Assembly (NCBI GenBank): GCA_916720285.1
Contig: CAKAQP010000001.1
Span: 1-50,433 of the forward strand
Length of the DNA stretch: 50,433 bases
DNA from: an uncultured Lachnoanaerobaculum sp.
Lineage (GTDB): Bacteria; Bacillota; Clostridia; Lachnospirales; Lachnospiraceae
Reading direction: 5' to 3'
Shown here: one piece after another, positions 18,277-27,273 of the stretch
How positions within the stretch are numbered: position 1 is the first letter of the stretch
How the letters are laid out: every line of letters begins with the position of its first letter
Made by a program: the position numbers and the translations under genes
The notes under the pieces: generated by a model
Told to the model about the DNA's origin: nothing
The model's input: the letters and a program-made list of their open reading frames with translations, nothing else
Databases searched by the model: none

Positions 18277-19161
18277 CTAACCCTTTACAGCACCCAGAGT
18301 AATACCTTTTGTAAAGTATTTTTGAAGTGCAATAAACACTATCAGTATAGGTGCTGCGGCCAGTGTAGCTCCCGCCATTATAAGTCCGAAATCTGTCGAG
18401 TTTTCTGCTTGTAGTTTAGCAATTCCCAGAGAAATTGTCAAATTAGAAGTAGAACTTAGCATAATAAGTTGCATGAAATAATCATTCCAGCTGTTGATAA
18501 ATGTGAATATTGCCAAAGCACCCACTCCCGGCTTTACCATCTGGAAAACTATATCTGTAAATGTTTTAAATTCACTTGCACCGTCAATCCTTGCAGCTTC
18601 CAGCATTTCCGTAGGTATACCCTCAGAAAACTGCTTCATAAGAAATACACCGAAAGGCCATCCTACGGTTGGAAGTATAACCGCCCATATAGTGTTATAA
18701 AGCTTAAGTGCCGACATTTCTCTGATAAGAGGTATAAGAATAACCTGCTTAGGCAATGCCATAGCACATACTATAAGTGTAAAAAGTATTATCCTTCCAT
18801 GAAATCTTTTTTTTGCAAGTGCATATCCCGCCATAGATGCTGTAAGACACGTAAGTACCATGGCCATAACCGCCATAAATACCGTATTTATCATCCATCT
18901 TACTGCTGCCGGCGCCATAGGTCCCTTTATAAATCCCAATTCAAATATAGGTGCCGTCTGTCTTGAGAACAGCTTTTTAAAGTTATCAAGTACGAGCTCT
19001 TTAGGTATCCAATCAGGTACCGGTGAATTTATTGAAACAGGTGTTTTAAATGCACCTGTAACTATCCAATACAGTGGAAAAACAAAGCAAAACGCCAGTG
19101 CTATCAGTATAATTATCGATACAACAGTATACAGTTTTTTTAGTGTATTTGAAGTTTTCAT
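18277..19161 (-). CDS. Carbohydrate ABC permease (SatC-like, sialic acid)
   Basis: EAARIDGA EAA loop, LPKQVILIPL and C-terminal GAVKG. Confidence 0.88.
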   Translation of the reverse strand: MKTSNTLKKLYTVVSIIILIALAFCFVFPLYWIVTGAFKTPVSINSPVPDWIPKELVLDNFKKLFSRQTAPIFELGFIKGPMAPAAVRWMINTVFMAVMAMVLTCLTASMAGYALAKKRFHGRIILFTLIVCAMALPKQVILIPLIREMSALKLYNTIWAVILPTVGWPFGVFLMKQFSEGIPTEMLEAARIDGASEFKTFTDIVFQMVKPGVGALAIFTFINSWNDYFMQLIMLSSTSNLTISLGIAKLQAENSTDFGLIMAGATLAAAPILIVFIALQKYFTKGITLGAVKG

Positions 19162-19162
19162 A

Positions 19163-20071
19163 TTATCTCTCCTTTGCCACTCTAAACTGAATTGCAGACA
19201 ATACCGCTATAAATATTGCGAGTACAACACCCATTGCATTTCCGTATCCGTATCTGAACATCTTAAATGCCATATAATAGATATAATACATTACAGTATC
19301 TGTTGAATGATTCGGTCCGCCTGATGTTAAAAGCTGTATAAGAGCGAAACACTGAAAACTGTTAATAGTTGTTATAACAAGAATATATAATGTTGTAGGC
19401 ATAATCTGAGGCCATTTAATCTTCCAGAATAATTGCAATTCATTTGCTCCGTCCACCTGTGCGGCCTCAACCAATGAATTGTCCACATTTCCAAGTGCGG
19501 ATACATATAATACTATAGGCTGACCTACAGATGTGGTAAGCAAGATAAGTATGATACATGCCAGAGCAAATCTCTCGTCTCCAAGCCAGTTGATATTTGT
19601 TTTTAAAATACCTGTACCTTTTCCGATATAGTTGAAGATACCGTAATAATTATTGTACATCCACTTCCAAACCACTGTAACGGCAACCGAACCGGTAACT
19701 ACAGGGAGATAAAAGATACATCTGAAAACTGAAAGCACTTTATCATTTAGATTGTATATTACAGATGAAATCCACAATGAAAATATACAAACCACAGGAA
19801 CTGAAACGATAACAATAACAAAGGTATTTTTAAGTGCCTTTAGAAAAATTCCGTCTTGAAACAGTTCTATATAATTTCCAAATCCGATAAATACATCCTT
19901 AGCATCCTTGCCCATTGTAGAATCAAAGAAGCTGGTATATATACATATAATCATCGGTATTATTACAAAACCGATAAAGAATACAAGGCTTGGTAATAAA
20001 AACATATAAGCTGAAGCGGTTTCTCTTCTTACCAATTCCTTTGACCTGGTTGTATAAACACCCTTTGCCAT
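19163..20071 (-). CDS. Carbohydrate ABC permease (SatB-like, sialic acid)
   Basis: LPVVTGSVAVTVVWKW, LLTTSVGQPI, EAAQVDGA and TINSFQCFALIQLLTSGGP, recalled as typical of streptococcal sialic-acid permeases. Confidence 0.88.
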   Translation of the reverse strand: MAKGVYTTRSKELVRRETASAYMFLLPSLVFFIGFVIIPMIICIYTSFFDSTMGKDAKDVFIGFGNYIELFQDGIFLKALKNTFVIVIVSVPVVCIFSLWISSVIYNLNDKVLSVFRCIFYLPVVTGSVAVTVVWKWMYNNYYGIFNYIGKGTGILKTNINWLGDERFALACIILILLTTSVGQPIVLYVSALGNVDNSLVEAAQVDGANELQLFWKIKWPQIMPTTLYILVITTINSFQCFALIQLLTSGGPNHSTDTVMYYIYYMAFKMFRYGYGNAMGVVLAIFIAVLSAIQFRVAKER

Positions 20072-20084
20072 GTTTCCCCTTTCT

Positions 20085-20121
20085 AAAAAATGTTGCTAAA
20101 GAAAATCCTTAGCAACATTTT
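20085..20121 (-). terminator. Hairpin/leaky terminator between the SBP and permease genes
   Basis: Minus strand AAAATGTTGCTAAG...TTTAGCAACATTTTTT. Confidence 0.6.
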
Positions 20122-20176
20122 ATAACATGTTAGATCACCTAACTATTTTTTAAAGATCAGTATTTTACTACTGTTA

Positions 20177-21538
20177 TTATTGAGCTGCTGCAGCATTTGC
20201 GTTAGTTGTAAATGTTGCGACCTCTGTTGCCACATCGCCGCCTGCACCTATTCTCTGAAGCATGTTCCACCACTCTGTACGAGCTGTAGTCCATCCCTTT
20301 GTTACCTGATAGTAGTCACCCATTGAAGGCATGAACTTCTCTTCGAAAAGCTTCATTGCATCAGCTGTCTCTGTTCCCTCATATACACCTGTTACAGAAG
20401 GTCTTACAGGGAAGAATCCTGAAGCCTTAACGCTTTCCTTAACCTGTGCCTCATCATTACATACGAAGTCGATAAATGTCTTTGCAGCTTCAATCTTACC
20501 TGCATCTCCGTTGTCAAAGATTCCATATCCCCAGATACCGCCGCAAAGCTCTGTAACGCCGTCGTCACTTGGGAATAACATAGGTATAATCTCATCACCT
20601 GCATTTGTCTTTCCTGCAGGGCCGTTATCTGAATTTGTCTGCTGTGATGCATTCCAGCAAAGTGACATTGCCAAAGTACCGTTTCTGAACAATGTAATCT
20701 CGTCACCACCTGCTATAGAAGGATCAAAGTTTAAACCTGCCTGATCAACAATTGCCTGTAAAGCTTTCTTGTTCTCTTCAGAATCAACTGTATACTTTGT
20801 ATGATCCTTATCTGTAAATGTACCTGAGTAAAGATTGTTTACCAAAGCTCTTGTTCCCTGATCTCCACCCTGTGAAACACAGTATATAGCACCGACATTT
20901 TGCTGTCCTGAATCATATACCGCCTGAACAGCCTTAAGGAAGTTGTCTGTTGTCCATGTATGTGTATCTAAATCAAGATACTTTAATGCATCAGCCTTCT
21001 CAAACATTGTCTTATTTATAGCCATACAATGTGCAACCATAAATGCAGGATACTCATAAAACTCACCTGTAGGACTCTTACATGCAGCTTTTACAGGATC
21101 ATAGATATCTGATGCCGCATCCTTTTCAAACATATCCTTCAAGTCTACCATAAGTCCCTTTGCACCCCAGTTGGCTACAAGTCTTTCAGGTCCCTCAAGT
21201 ACGATATCAGGTGCCTGCTTTCCTTCTATAGCAGTATTGATCTGATCGTCACCGTTTTGATAGTCAAGATACTCTACAGTTACCTTAATATTCGGATACT
21301 TCTCATTGAACTTTTTGATAATTCCGTCAACTGTTGCAGAGTCTCCCCATTTACCTACAGGATATGTCCAGAGTGATATCTCAGCCGCATCTTTTGCCGC
21401 CTCACTTGCTCCCTCCTGCTTTGTATCCGCCTTTGAATCAGCCGCTGCACTTGTTTGATCTGCCGCTTTTCCTCCTCCACATGCTGCGAGCATACCCGCC
21501 GCTGTAAGTGTCAAACCTGTTAACAATAATTTCTTCAT
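20177..21538 (-). CDS. Sugar ABC substrate-binding lipoprotein (probably sialic acid/ManNAc)
   Basis: Lipobox LAAC, Ala-rich linker, then ISLWTYP...FNEKYPNIKV...APDIV...GGDQGTR. Confidence 0.85.
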   Translation of the reverse strand: MKKLLLTGLTLTAAGMLAACGGGKAADQTSAAADSKADTKQEGASEAAKDAAEISLWTYPVGKWGDSATVDGIIKKFNEKYPNIKVTVEYLDYQNGDDQINTAIEGKQAPDIVLEGPERLVANWGAKGLMVDLKDMFEKDAASDIYDPVKAACKSPTGEFYEYPAFMVAHCMAINKTMFEKADALKYLDLDTHTWTTDNFLKAVQAVYDSGQQNVGAIYCVSQGGDQGTRALVNNLYSGTFTDKDHTKYTVDSEENKKALQAIVDQAGLNFDPSIAGGDEITLFRNGTLAMSLCWNASQQTNSDNGPAGKTNAGDEIIPMLFPSDDGVTELCGGIWGYGIFDNGDAGKIEAAKTFIDFVCNDEAQVKESVKASGFFPVRPSVTGVYEGTETADAMKLFEEKFMPSMGDYYQVTKGWTTARTEWWNMLQRIGAGGDVATEVATFTTNANAAAAQ

Positions 21539-21637
21539 ATTTCCTCCTTAATGAGTCTTACACTCAAGATTATTCACAAATAATGCGTTACAACCGGTTT
21601 TATAAACTTATCTCTCAATGTTTAAAAACCTTGACCT

Positions 21638-22333
21638 CTACACAACTTGTTCAAGCGCTTTTGAAAATTCTTTTGTTATAAGTTGTGGTCTGGTAATAAT
21701 TGAACCTACCACCACACTGAACGCTCCAAGTTCTATTACTCTCCTACATTTCTCAGGTGTATTGATATTACCCTCAGCTATTACTTTATGCTTTACTTTA
21801 GCGAGGATATTTCTCAATATCTCAAAATCGTTCTCCTCAATCCTTAGACCTTCACTCTCCTTAGTATATCCGACCATAGTAGTACCGATGAAGTCAAAAC
21901 CTAATTCGTCCGCAAAGATTGCCTCCTCTTCTGTTGAACAATCCGCCATAAACAGCTTATCAGGATACTTTGCTCTAACTTCTCCAAAGAACTCCTTCAA
22001 GCTTTTTTTGCCCGGTCTGAGTCTGCTTGTCGCATCCATTGCTATTATATCAACTCCCGCTTCTACCAAAGCATCTACCTCGTCCATTGTAGGTGTGATA
22101 TAAATCTCACTGTCATCATAATCTTTTTTAATGATTCCGATTATCGGCAAATCCACCTGTTTTTGTATCTCTTTGATATCCACAACAGAATTTGCTCTGA
22201 TGCCGAAAGCTCCGCCCATCTTTGCCGCAAGAGCCATTCTCCCCATAATGAAGTCTGAATGTAACGGTTCATTTTCCAGTGCCTGGCATGAAACAATCAG
22301 TTTCCCTTTTAGGTTTTTGATTCTGTCATTCAT
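21638..22333 (-). CDS. nanE: N-acetylmannosamine-6-phosphate 2-epimerase
   Basis: LIVSCQA, GIRAN, PIIGIIK, YITPT, IAEG and VVVGSIITRP. Start at ATG 22333 behind GGAGGT. Confidence 0.95.
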   Translation of the reverse strand: MNDRIKNLKGKLIVSCQALENEPLHSDFIMGRMALAAKMGGAFGIRANSVVDIKEIQKQVDLPIIGIIKKDYDDSEIYITPTMDEVDALVEAGVDIIAMDATSRLRPGKKSLKEFFGEVRAKYPDKLFMADCSTEEEAIFADELGFDFIGTTMVGYTKESEGLRIEENDFEILRNILAKVKHKVIAEGNINTPEKCRRVIELGAFSVVVGSIITRPQLITKEFSKALEQVV

Positions 22334-22347
22334 TTTTACTACCTCCA

Positions 22348-22385
22348 TCTGAAAGTATCTTACCATTTCTGAAAATAAATTTCAA
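22348..22385. promoter_or_regulatory. Candidate NanR (RpiR) operator boxes
   Basis: Tandem TCTGAAAGTATCTTACCA and TCTGAAAATAAATTTCAA directly upstream of nanE; another half-site ACTTTCAGA at about 22501-22509. Confidence 0.45.
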
Positions 22386-22539
22386 TACTCCTGTCGCATT
22401 CTGTTTCTACTTTCCCGTGCTTGCCAAGCTGTTATTAAAAGTAAACATTTTAAATTGTATTTATTTGTGCACAAAGTACTAATATACATATTTATCCCAC
22501 ACTTTCAGATATTGAAAAATTAAAGTCTCCTTTTTCATT

Positions 22540-22572
22540 AAAAAAGAGATACGAGTCTCCCCATATCTCTTC
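22540..22572 (-). terminator. Intrinsic terminator after the NCS2 permease
   Basis: Minus strand AAGAGATATG...CGTATCTCTTTTTT. Confidence 0.55.
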
Positions 22573-22615
22573 ATTTATTAAAAACTATTCAAGGCAGTGA
22601 AAATATAAGTAAAAC

Positions 22616-24001
22616 CTAGAGTAATATATATTTCAATATAAACAATATTGAAAGTATATACATAAGCGGTGTAACCTTCTTAGCTCTTCCTGTAAGGGCA
22701 TTGATAAATACATAAGATATAATTCCCATTGAAATACCCTCTGAAATACTGTAGAAGAGCGGCATTGCAACTATACAGATATAGCAGGGAATGGCTTCTG
22801 TCATATCTGAGAAATCAATATGTACAACGTTTGAGAACATATAGAATCCTACCACTATAAGTGCCGGTGCTGTTGCAAAAGAAGGTATTGCAAGGAATAT
22901 AGGTGATAATAACAATGAAGCCGCAAAAAGAACTGCTGTTGTCATTGCTGTAAGACCTGTTCTTCCACCTTCTGAAACGCCTGAAGCGGACTCAACGAAT
23001 GTTGTAACTGTTGTTGTACCAAGCATTGCACCTGCTGTGGTAGCTACGGCATCCGCAAGTAATGCACCCCTGATATTTGGAAGCTTACCGTCTTTATCAA
23101 GCATTCCGGCCTTTGTAGATACACCTATCAATGTACCGATAGTATCAAACATATCTACAAATAAGAATGCGAACATAACTACAACAAACTCCAATGTTGC
23201 AATCTTGTGGAACTCAAGCTTGAATAAAACCGGTCCTATACTCGGTATACTGAGTCCGTTTGAAAAATCAGGTAATACACTGTAAAAACCCAGTGCAGGG
23301 TTTGGAACATACAAACCTGTAATCTGAGCGATTATACCTAGAACCCATGTTGCCAATATACCGAGTAAGATATTTCCCTTTACTTCTTTTACAACCAGGA
23401 ATGCTGTAATAAGCACACCGATTATAGCAATAACAACTGTAATACCTGCATCATTTCCTGTAGCAATTACACCTTCAACGCCATGTACCTTGTTGTATCC
23501 TCCAAGTGAGAATAATTGTACAAGTGTTTTACCAGCGCCTATAACGATCTTAGCATTTTGAAGTCCGATAAATGCGATAAAAATTCCGATACCCACACTT
23601 ACAGCTGATTTTAAGTTTCTTGGAACCGCATTAAAGATAGCCTCACGCACATTTGTAACTGAGAGTGCTATAAATATAATACCTTCTACAAATACCGCTG
23701 TAAGAGCTGTCTGCCAGCTATATCCCTTACCTAAAACTACACTATAAGTAAAATATGCATTAAGTCCCATACCCGGTGCAAGTGCAAAAGGATAGTTTGC
23801 AAACAATGCCATAAGTGCAGTACCTAAAAATGAAGCTATTGCAGTTGCTGTAAACACGGCACCTCTGTCCATATCTGCATAACTTAAGATATCCGGATTA
23901 ACTGCTAAAATATATGCCATTGTCATAAATGTTGTAATACCGGCAATAATCTCGGTTTTTACATCGGTTCCGTTTTCTTTCAGTTTAAAAAACTTTTCCA
24001 T
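22616..24001 (-). CDS. NCS2/AzgA-type purine permease (PbuG-like)
   Basis: TEIIAGITTFMTMAYIL.VNP, APGMGLNAYF, FDTIGT and ESASGVSEGGRTGL. Confidence 0.92.
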   Translation of the reverse strand: MEKFFKLKENGTDVKTEIIAGITTFMTMAYILAVNPDILSYADMDRGAVFTATAIASFLGTALMALFANYPFALAPGMGLNAYFTYSVVLGKGYSWQTALTAVFVEGIIFIALSVTNVREAIFNAVPRNLKSAVSVGIGIFIAFIGLQNAKIVIGAGKTLVQLFSLGGYNKVHGVEGVIATGNDAGITVVIAIIGVLITAFLVVKEVKGNILLGILATWVLGIIAQITGLYVPNPALGFYSVLPDFSNGLSIPSIGPVLFKLEFHKIATLEFVVVMFAFLFVDMFDTIGTLIGVSTKAGMLDKDGKLPNIRGALLADAVATTAGAMLGTTTVTTFVESASGVSEGGRTGLTAMTTAVLFAASLLLSPIFLAIPSFATAPALIVVGFYMFSNVVHIDFSDMTEAIPCYICIVAMPLFYSISEGISMGIISYVFINALTGRAKKVTPLMYILSILFILKYILL

Positions 24002-24129
24002 ATATAGTCTCCTTTTTTTTATTATACTCCGGTGATACTCGGCCCGGAGTTTTTAGTTTTCTTGTAAGTCAAATTTAATTAAAGATATTTAAGTCTATAT
24101 ATCACTGCCATTCAATATATTTTAAAAAT

Positions 24130-25863
24130 CTAATTTGCCTCAATGTCTATGAACTTATTTTCAAAAATATCGAATAACCCCCCGGCAGTGAGTTTCAACT
24201 CGGGAATAACCATAAGTGACATAAACGTAAGTGACATAACAGGCTCAAGGCTTTCGTTAACCCCTAATTCAACTACAGCCTTTTTGTGAAGACTTAAAAG
24301 TTTCTTTGAAACCTCTTCACCGCTTAAATCACTCATAAGTCCCGCTACAGGCAAAGACAGGCTTTCAATCACCTTTCCGTCCTTTACCAGCGCAAAACCT
24401 CCACCGTTTTGTTTCACATTCTCTATAGCAAGATCCATTTCATCATCATTTACGCCTACGCAGATAATATTATGTGAATCATGTGCTACGGATGCCGCTA
24501 TGGCACCGCTTTGTATACCATATCCTTTTATTATTCCCAGTCCGATCTTACCTGTATTGTGATGCCTCTCTATGACCGCACATTTGCAGGCATCTATATT
24601 TTTATCAAAGACAAAAAGACCGTTTTCATCTCTTTTTATCTTTATCCTTGTTTTCTTTGAAAGCACTCCTCCCGCAATCATTTCAATTGCATAAACCTCA
24701 TCGGATTTCAGCCACATTTGTAGCATTTCCTTTTTGAAGTTATCCAGATGTACAGTATTTGACACATCTGTAATATCATGCTTTTTTAACTCTTTGAGAT
24801 ACTCTCCCTCTCTTGCAACTTCCTCACCGAGGATATATACCGATGATACTTTAAAATCTTTCAGTTCATCGAATATAACAAGATCAGCCCTCTTTCCCGG
24901 AACTATCATTCCCCTGTCTTTTAATCCATAGCAATCGCTTACATTTACAGTAGCCATTGCAATTGCCATAACAGGTGAGATTCCGGCATTTACCAGAGTT
25001 TTCAAATGATATTCAAGATGTCCGTCCTCAAAAATTGTCTTCGGTTGTCTGTCATCCGAACATAATAAACATCTTCTGAAATTAAACTCGTTTATTCCGG
25101 GTATCAGTGCCTCAAGATTGTGACAGGCTGATCCCTGTCTCAGCTGTACATAGATGCCTCTGCTCAATCTGTCTTCCATCTCTTCAAGTGTGGAGCACTC
25201 ATGATCCGTGTCAATTCCGGCGCAGGCATATGCATTTAATGCCTTACCGAACAGATTAGGACTGTGTCCGTCTACAATTTTCCCGTGATCCTTTGCTAAA
25301 ATAAGTTTATCAATGGCAATGTCGTCATTTTCAATAACGGCATTGTAGTCCATGAACTCACCAAGTCCCGGAACATCTTTTGATACTATATCATCTGCCA
25401 TATCCTCAGCCGATATCACACATCCCGAATCCTCCATCTTTGTTGCAGGTACACAGGACGGCATCATATATTCTACGGACAGGCAGGTGTTTTTTGCGGC
25501 CTCCTGCATATAGTGAAAGCCCTTTATCCCACATACATTCACTATCTCATGAGGATCCGCTATGACAGTGGTAGTACCGTGAGGTACCACCATTCTGCCG
25601 AATTCTTCAGGAGTACAGTATGATGACTCTATATGAATATGTGCATCCATAAGACCCGGTGCGATATATTTCCCATCTATATCCACCTCTATTTCACCAT
25701 CATACTCTCCAAATCCTGCAATATAACCTTCTGCTATAGCGAGGTCCGCTTTGAATATTTTTCCGCTGCAGACATCCACTATAGAGCCGTTTTTTAGTAC
25801 AAGATCAGCTTTTTTATTCCCATTTGCCACATCAATCAGTCGCTTTAAACTATCTTTGTTCAT
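24130..25863 (-). CDS. ade: Adenine deaminase
   Basis: DAHIHIESS, DPHEIVNV, PSCVPAT, DGHSP, DHEC and SVAHDSHN. Start at ATG 25863. Confidence 0.95.
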   Translation of the reverse strand: MNKDSLKRLIDVANGNKKADLVLKNGSIVDVCSGKIFKADLAIAEGYIAGFGEYDGEIEVDIDGKYIAPGLMDAHIHIESSYCTPEEFGRMVVPHGTTTVIADPHEIVNVCGIKGFHYMQEAAKNTCLSVEYMMPSCVPATKMEDSGCVISAEDMADDIVSKDVPGLGEFMDYNAVIENDDIAIDKLILAKDHGKIVDGHSPNLFGKALNAYACAGIDTDHECSTLEEMEDRLSRGIYVQLRQGSACHNLEALIPGINEFNFRRCLLCSDDRQPKTIFEDGHLEYHLKTLVNAGISPVMAIAMATVNVSDCYGLKDRGMIVPGKRADLVIFDELKDFKVSSVYILGEEVAREGEYLKELKKHDITDVSNTVHLDNFKKEMLQMWLKSDEVYAIEMIAGGVLSKKTRIKIKRDENGLFVFDKNIDACKCAVIERHHNTGKIGLGIIKGYGIQSGAIAASVAHDSHNIICVGVNDDEMDLAIENVKQNGGGFALVKDGKVIESLSLPVAGLMSDLSGEEVSKKLLSLHKKAVVELGVNESLEPVMSLTFMSLMVIPELKLTAGGLFDIFENKFIDIEAN

Positions 25864-25892
25864 ACTCCCTCCAAAAGCCAAGCTCCTATCGA

Positions 25893-26384
25893 TCAGTCAA
25901 CACCAAGTCTCTTCTTCATTGTCTTTTCAACTGCTACAAGTATGTTCTCATAACCTGTACATCTGCAAAGATGCCCTGAGAGTAACTTTCTCAGCTCTTC
26001 TTTTGAATAGAGTTTTCCACTGTTAAGAATCTCCGTAGCCGACATTACAAATCCGGGTGTACAGAAACCGCACTGTATAGCAGCCTCATCTATAAATGCC
26101 TGCTGCAAATCCGATATCTCACCGTTTGGTCCCATAAGACCTTCCAATGTAAGGATATCTTTGCCCTCGGCCCATACTGCCAGATAAATACATGAGTTAA
26201 ATGCCTCTCCGTTTATAAGAACATTACATGCTCCGCACTCTCCTACCTCACAGCCTTTTTTTACGGAAGTAAGTCTATAGTCATTTCTAAGCATATCTGT
26301 AAGTGAACTTCTTACATCTACCATTTTCTCACATTTCTTGCCGTTGATGGTACAACTGACCAATTTATAACTCTGTCCTGTCAT
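25893..26384 (-). CDS. xdhC: Xanthine dehydrogenase 2Fe-2S subunit
   Basis: KKGCEVGECGAC, QCGFCTPG and HLCRCTGY. Confidence 0.92.
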   Translation of the reverse strand: MTGQSYKLVSCTINGKKCEKMVDVRSSLTDMLRNDYRLTSVKKGCEVGECGACNVLINGEAFNSCIYLAVWAEGKDILTLEGLMGPNGEISDLQQAFIDEAAIQCGFCTPGFVMSATEILNSGKLYSKEELRKLLSGHLCRCTGYENILVAVEKTMKKRLGVD

Positions 26385-27264
26385 CGACCTTACCTCCTGC
26401 CTGCTTTACAGCCTTTTCACAAGCTTTTCTTGCCATAACAACACCGATATGACATCTGAAAGCTTTACTTGCTCTCCATGAATCACGAGGATTGATATCT
26501 TCCAAAACTTTCTGTGCAAAAGCTTCTATATTCTCCTCATTAACTTCTTTTCCTCTGATAAAGTTTTCCGCTGAAGGAACTCTCATAGGAATAGGACCGG
26601 CTACACCGTAAGCTATTCTTACATCCTCAAAGCTCTTTTTATCTTCTGAGAGCTTTACATTTACCGAACAGCCGGTAGTAGCAATATCCATTGCCTCTCT
26701 CATTGCATACTTTATATAATGACCTTTATAACCTTCATATGCCTTCTTTGGGATAATAATAGCTGTCTGTATCTCTCCCTCTTTTAAATCCACTGTTCCG
26801 GCCTTTATATAAAATTCATTTATAGGTACTAATCTTCTGTAGCCCTCTCCGGCTATCTCAACCTGTGCATCCCATGCAAAAAGTGTGGAAGCGGAGTCTG
26901 CCGATGTAACACCGTTACATGTATTTCCACCGATAGTTCCTATATTTCTGATCTGCGGTCCACCTATCTGATCCACGGCTTCACCAAGTACATTTATGTA
27001 TTTTTGTATAATAGGATTCTTTGTAATATGTGAGAAGCTTGTTAAAGATCCTATTCTTATATTTTCATCGGCATCAAGGCAGATACCTCTAAGCTCATCA
27101 AGCATATAGATACTTACAAGCTCCTTACCCGCTCTCTTTCCTTCTCTTATCTGTACCAAAACATCACTTCCTCCGGCAATAACCTGTGAGCCCGGATGTT
27201 CTTTTAAAAGTCTGCAAGCATCATCTACGCTTGTCGCCTCATATAAAGCTTTTATATCGTACAT
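26365..27264 (-). CDS. xdhB: Xanthine dehydrogenase FAD subunit
   Basis: IAGGSDV, QIRNIGTIGGN, SADSA and RDSWRAS. Confidence 0.92.
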   Translation of the reverse strand: MYDIKALYEATSVDDACRLLKEHPGSQVIAGGSDVLVQIREGKRAGKELVSIYMLDELRGICLDADENIRIGSLTSFSHITKNPIIQKYINVLGEAVDQIGGPQIRNIGTIGGNTCNGVTSADSASTLFAWDAQVEIAGEGYRRLVPINEFYIKAGTVDLKEGEIQTAIIIPKKAYEGYKGHYIKYAMREAMDIATTGCSVNVKLSEDKKSFEDVRIAYGVAGPIPMRVPSAENFIRGKEVNEENIEAFAQKVLEDINPRDSWRASKAFRCHIGVVMARKACEKAVKQAGGKVDDRTEL

Positions 27265-27273
27265 TTCTTCCTC

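Noticed and set aside
24026..24050. Hairpin ACTCCGG...CCGGAGT upstream of the PbuG-like permease as a second riboswitch
   Set aside because: A single short stem without any purine aptamer core; at most a stability element.
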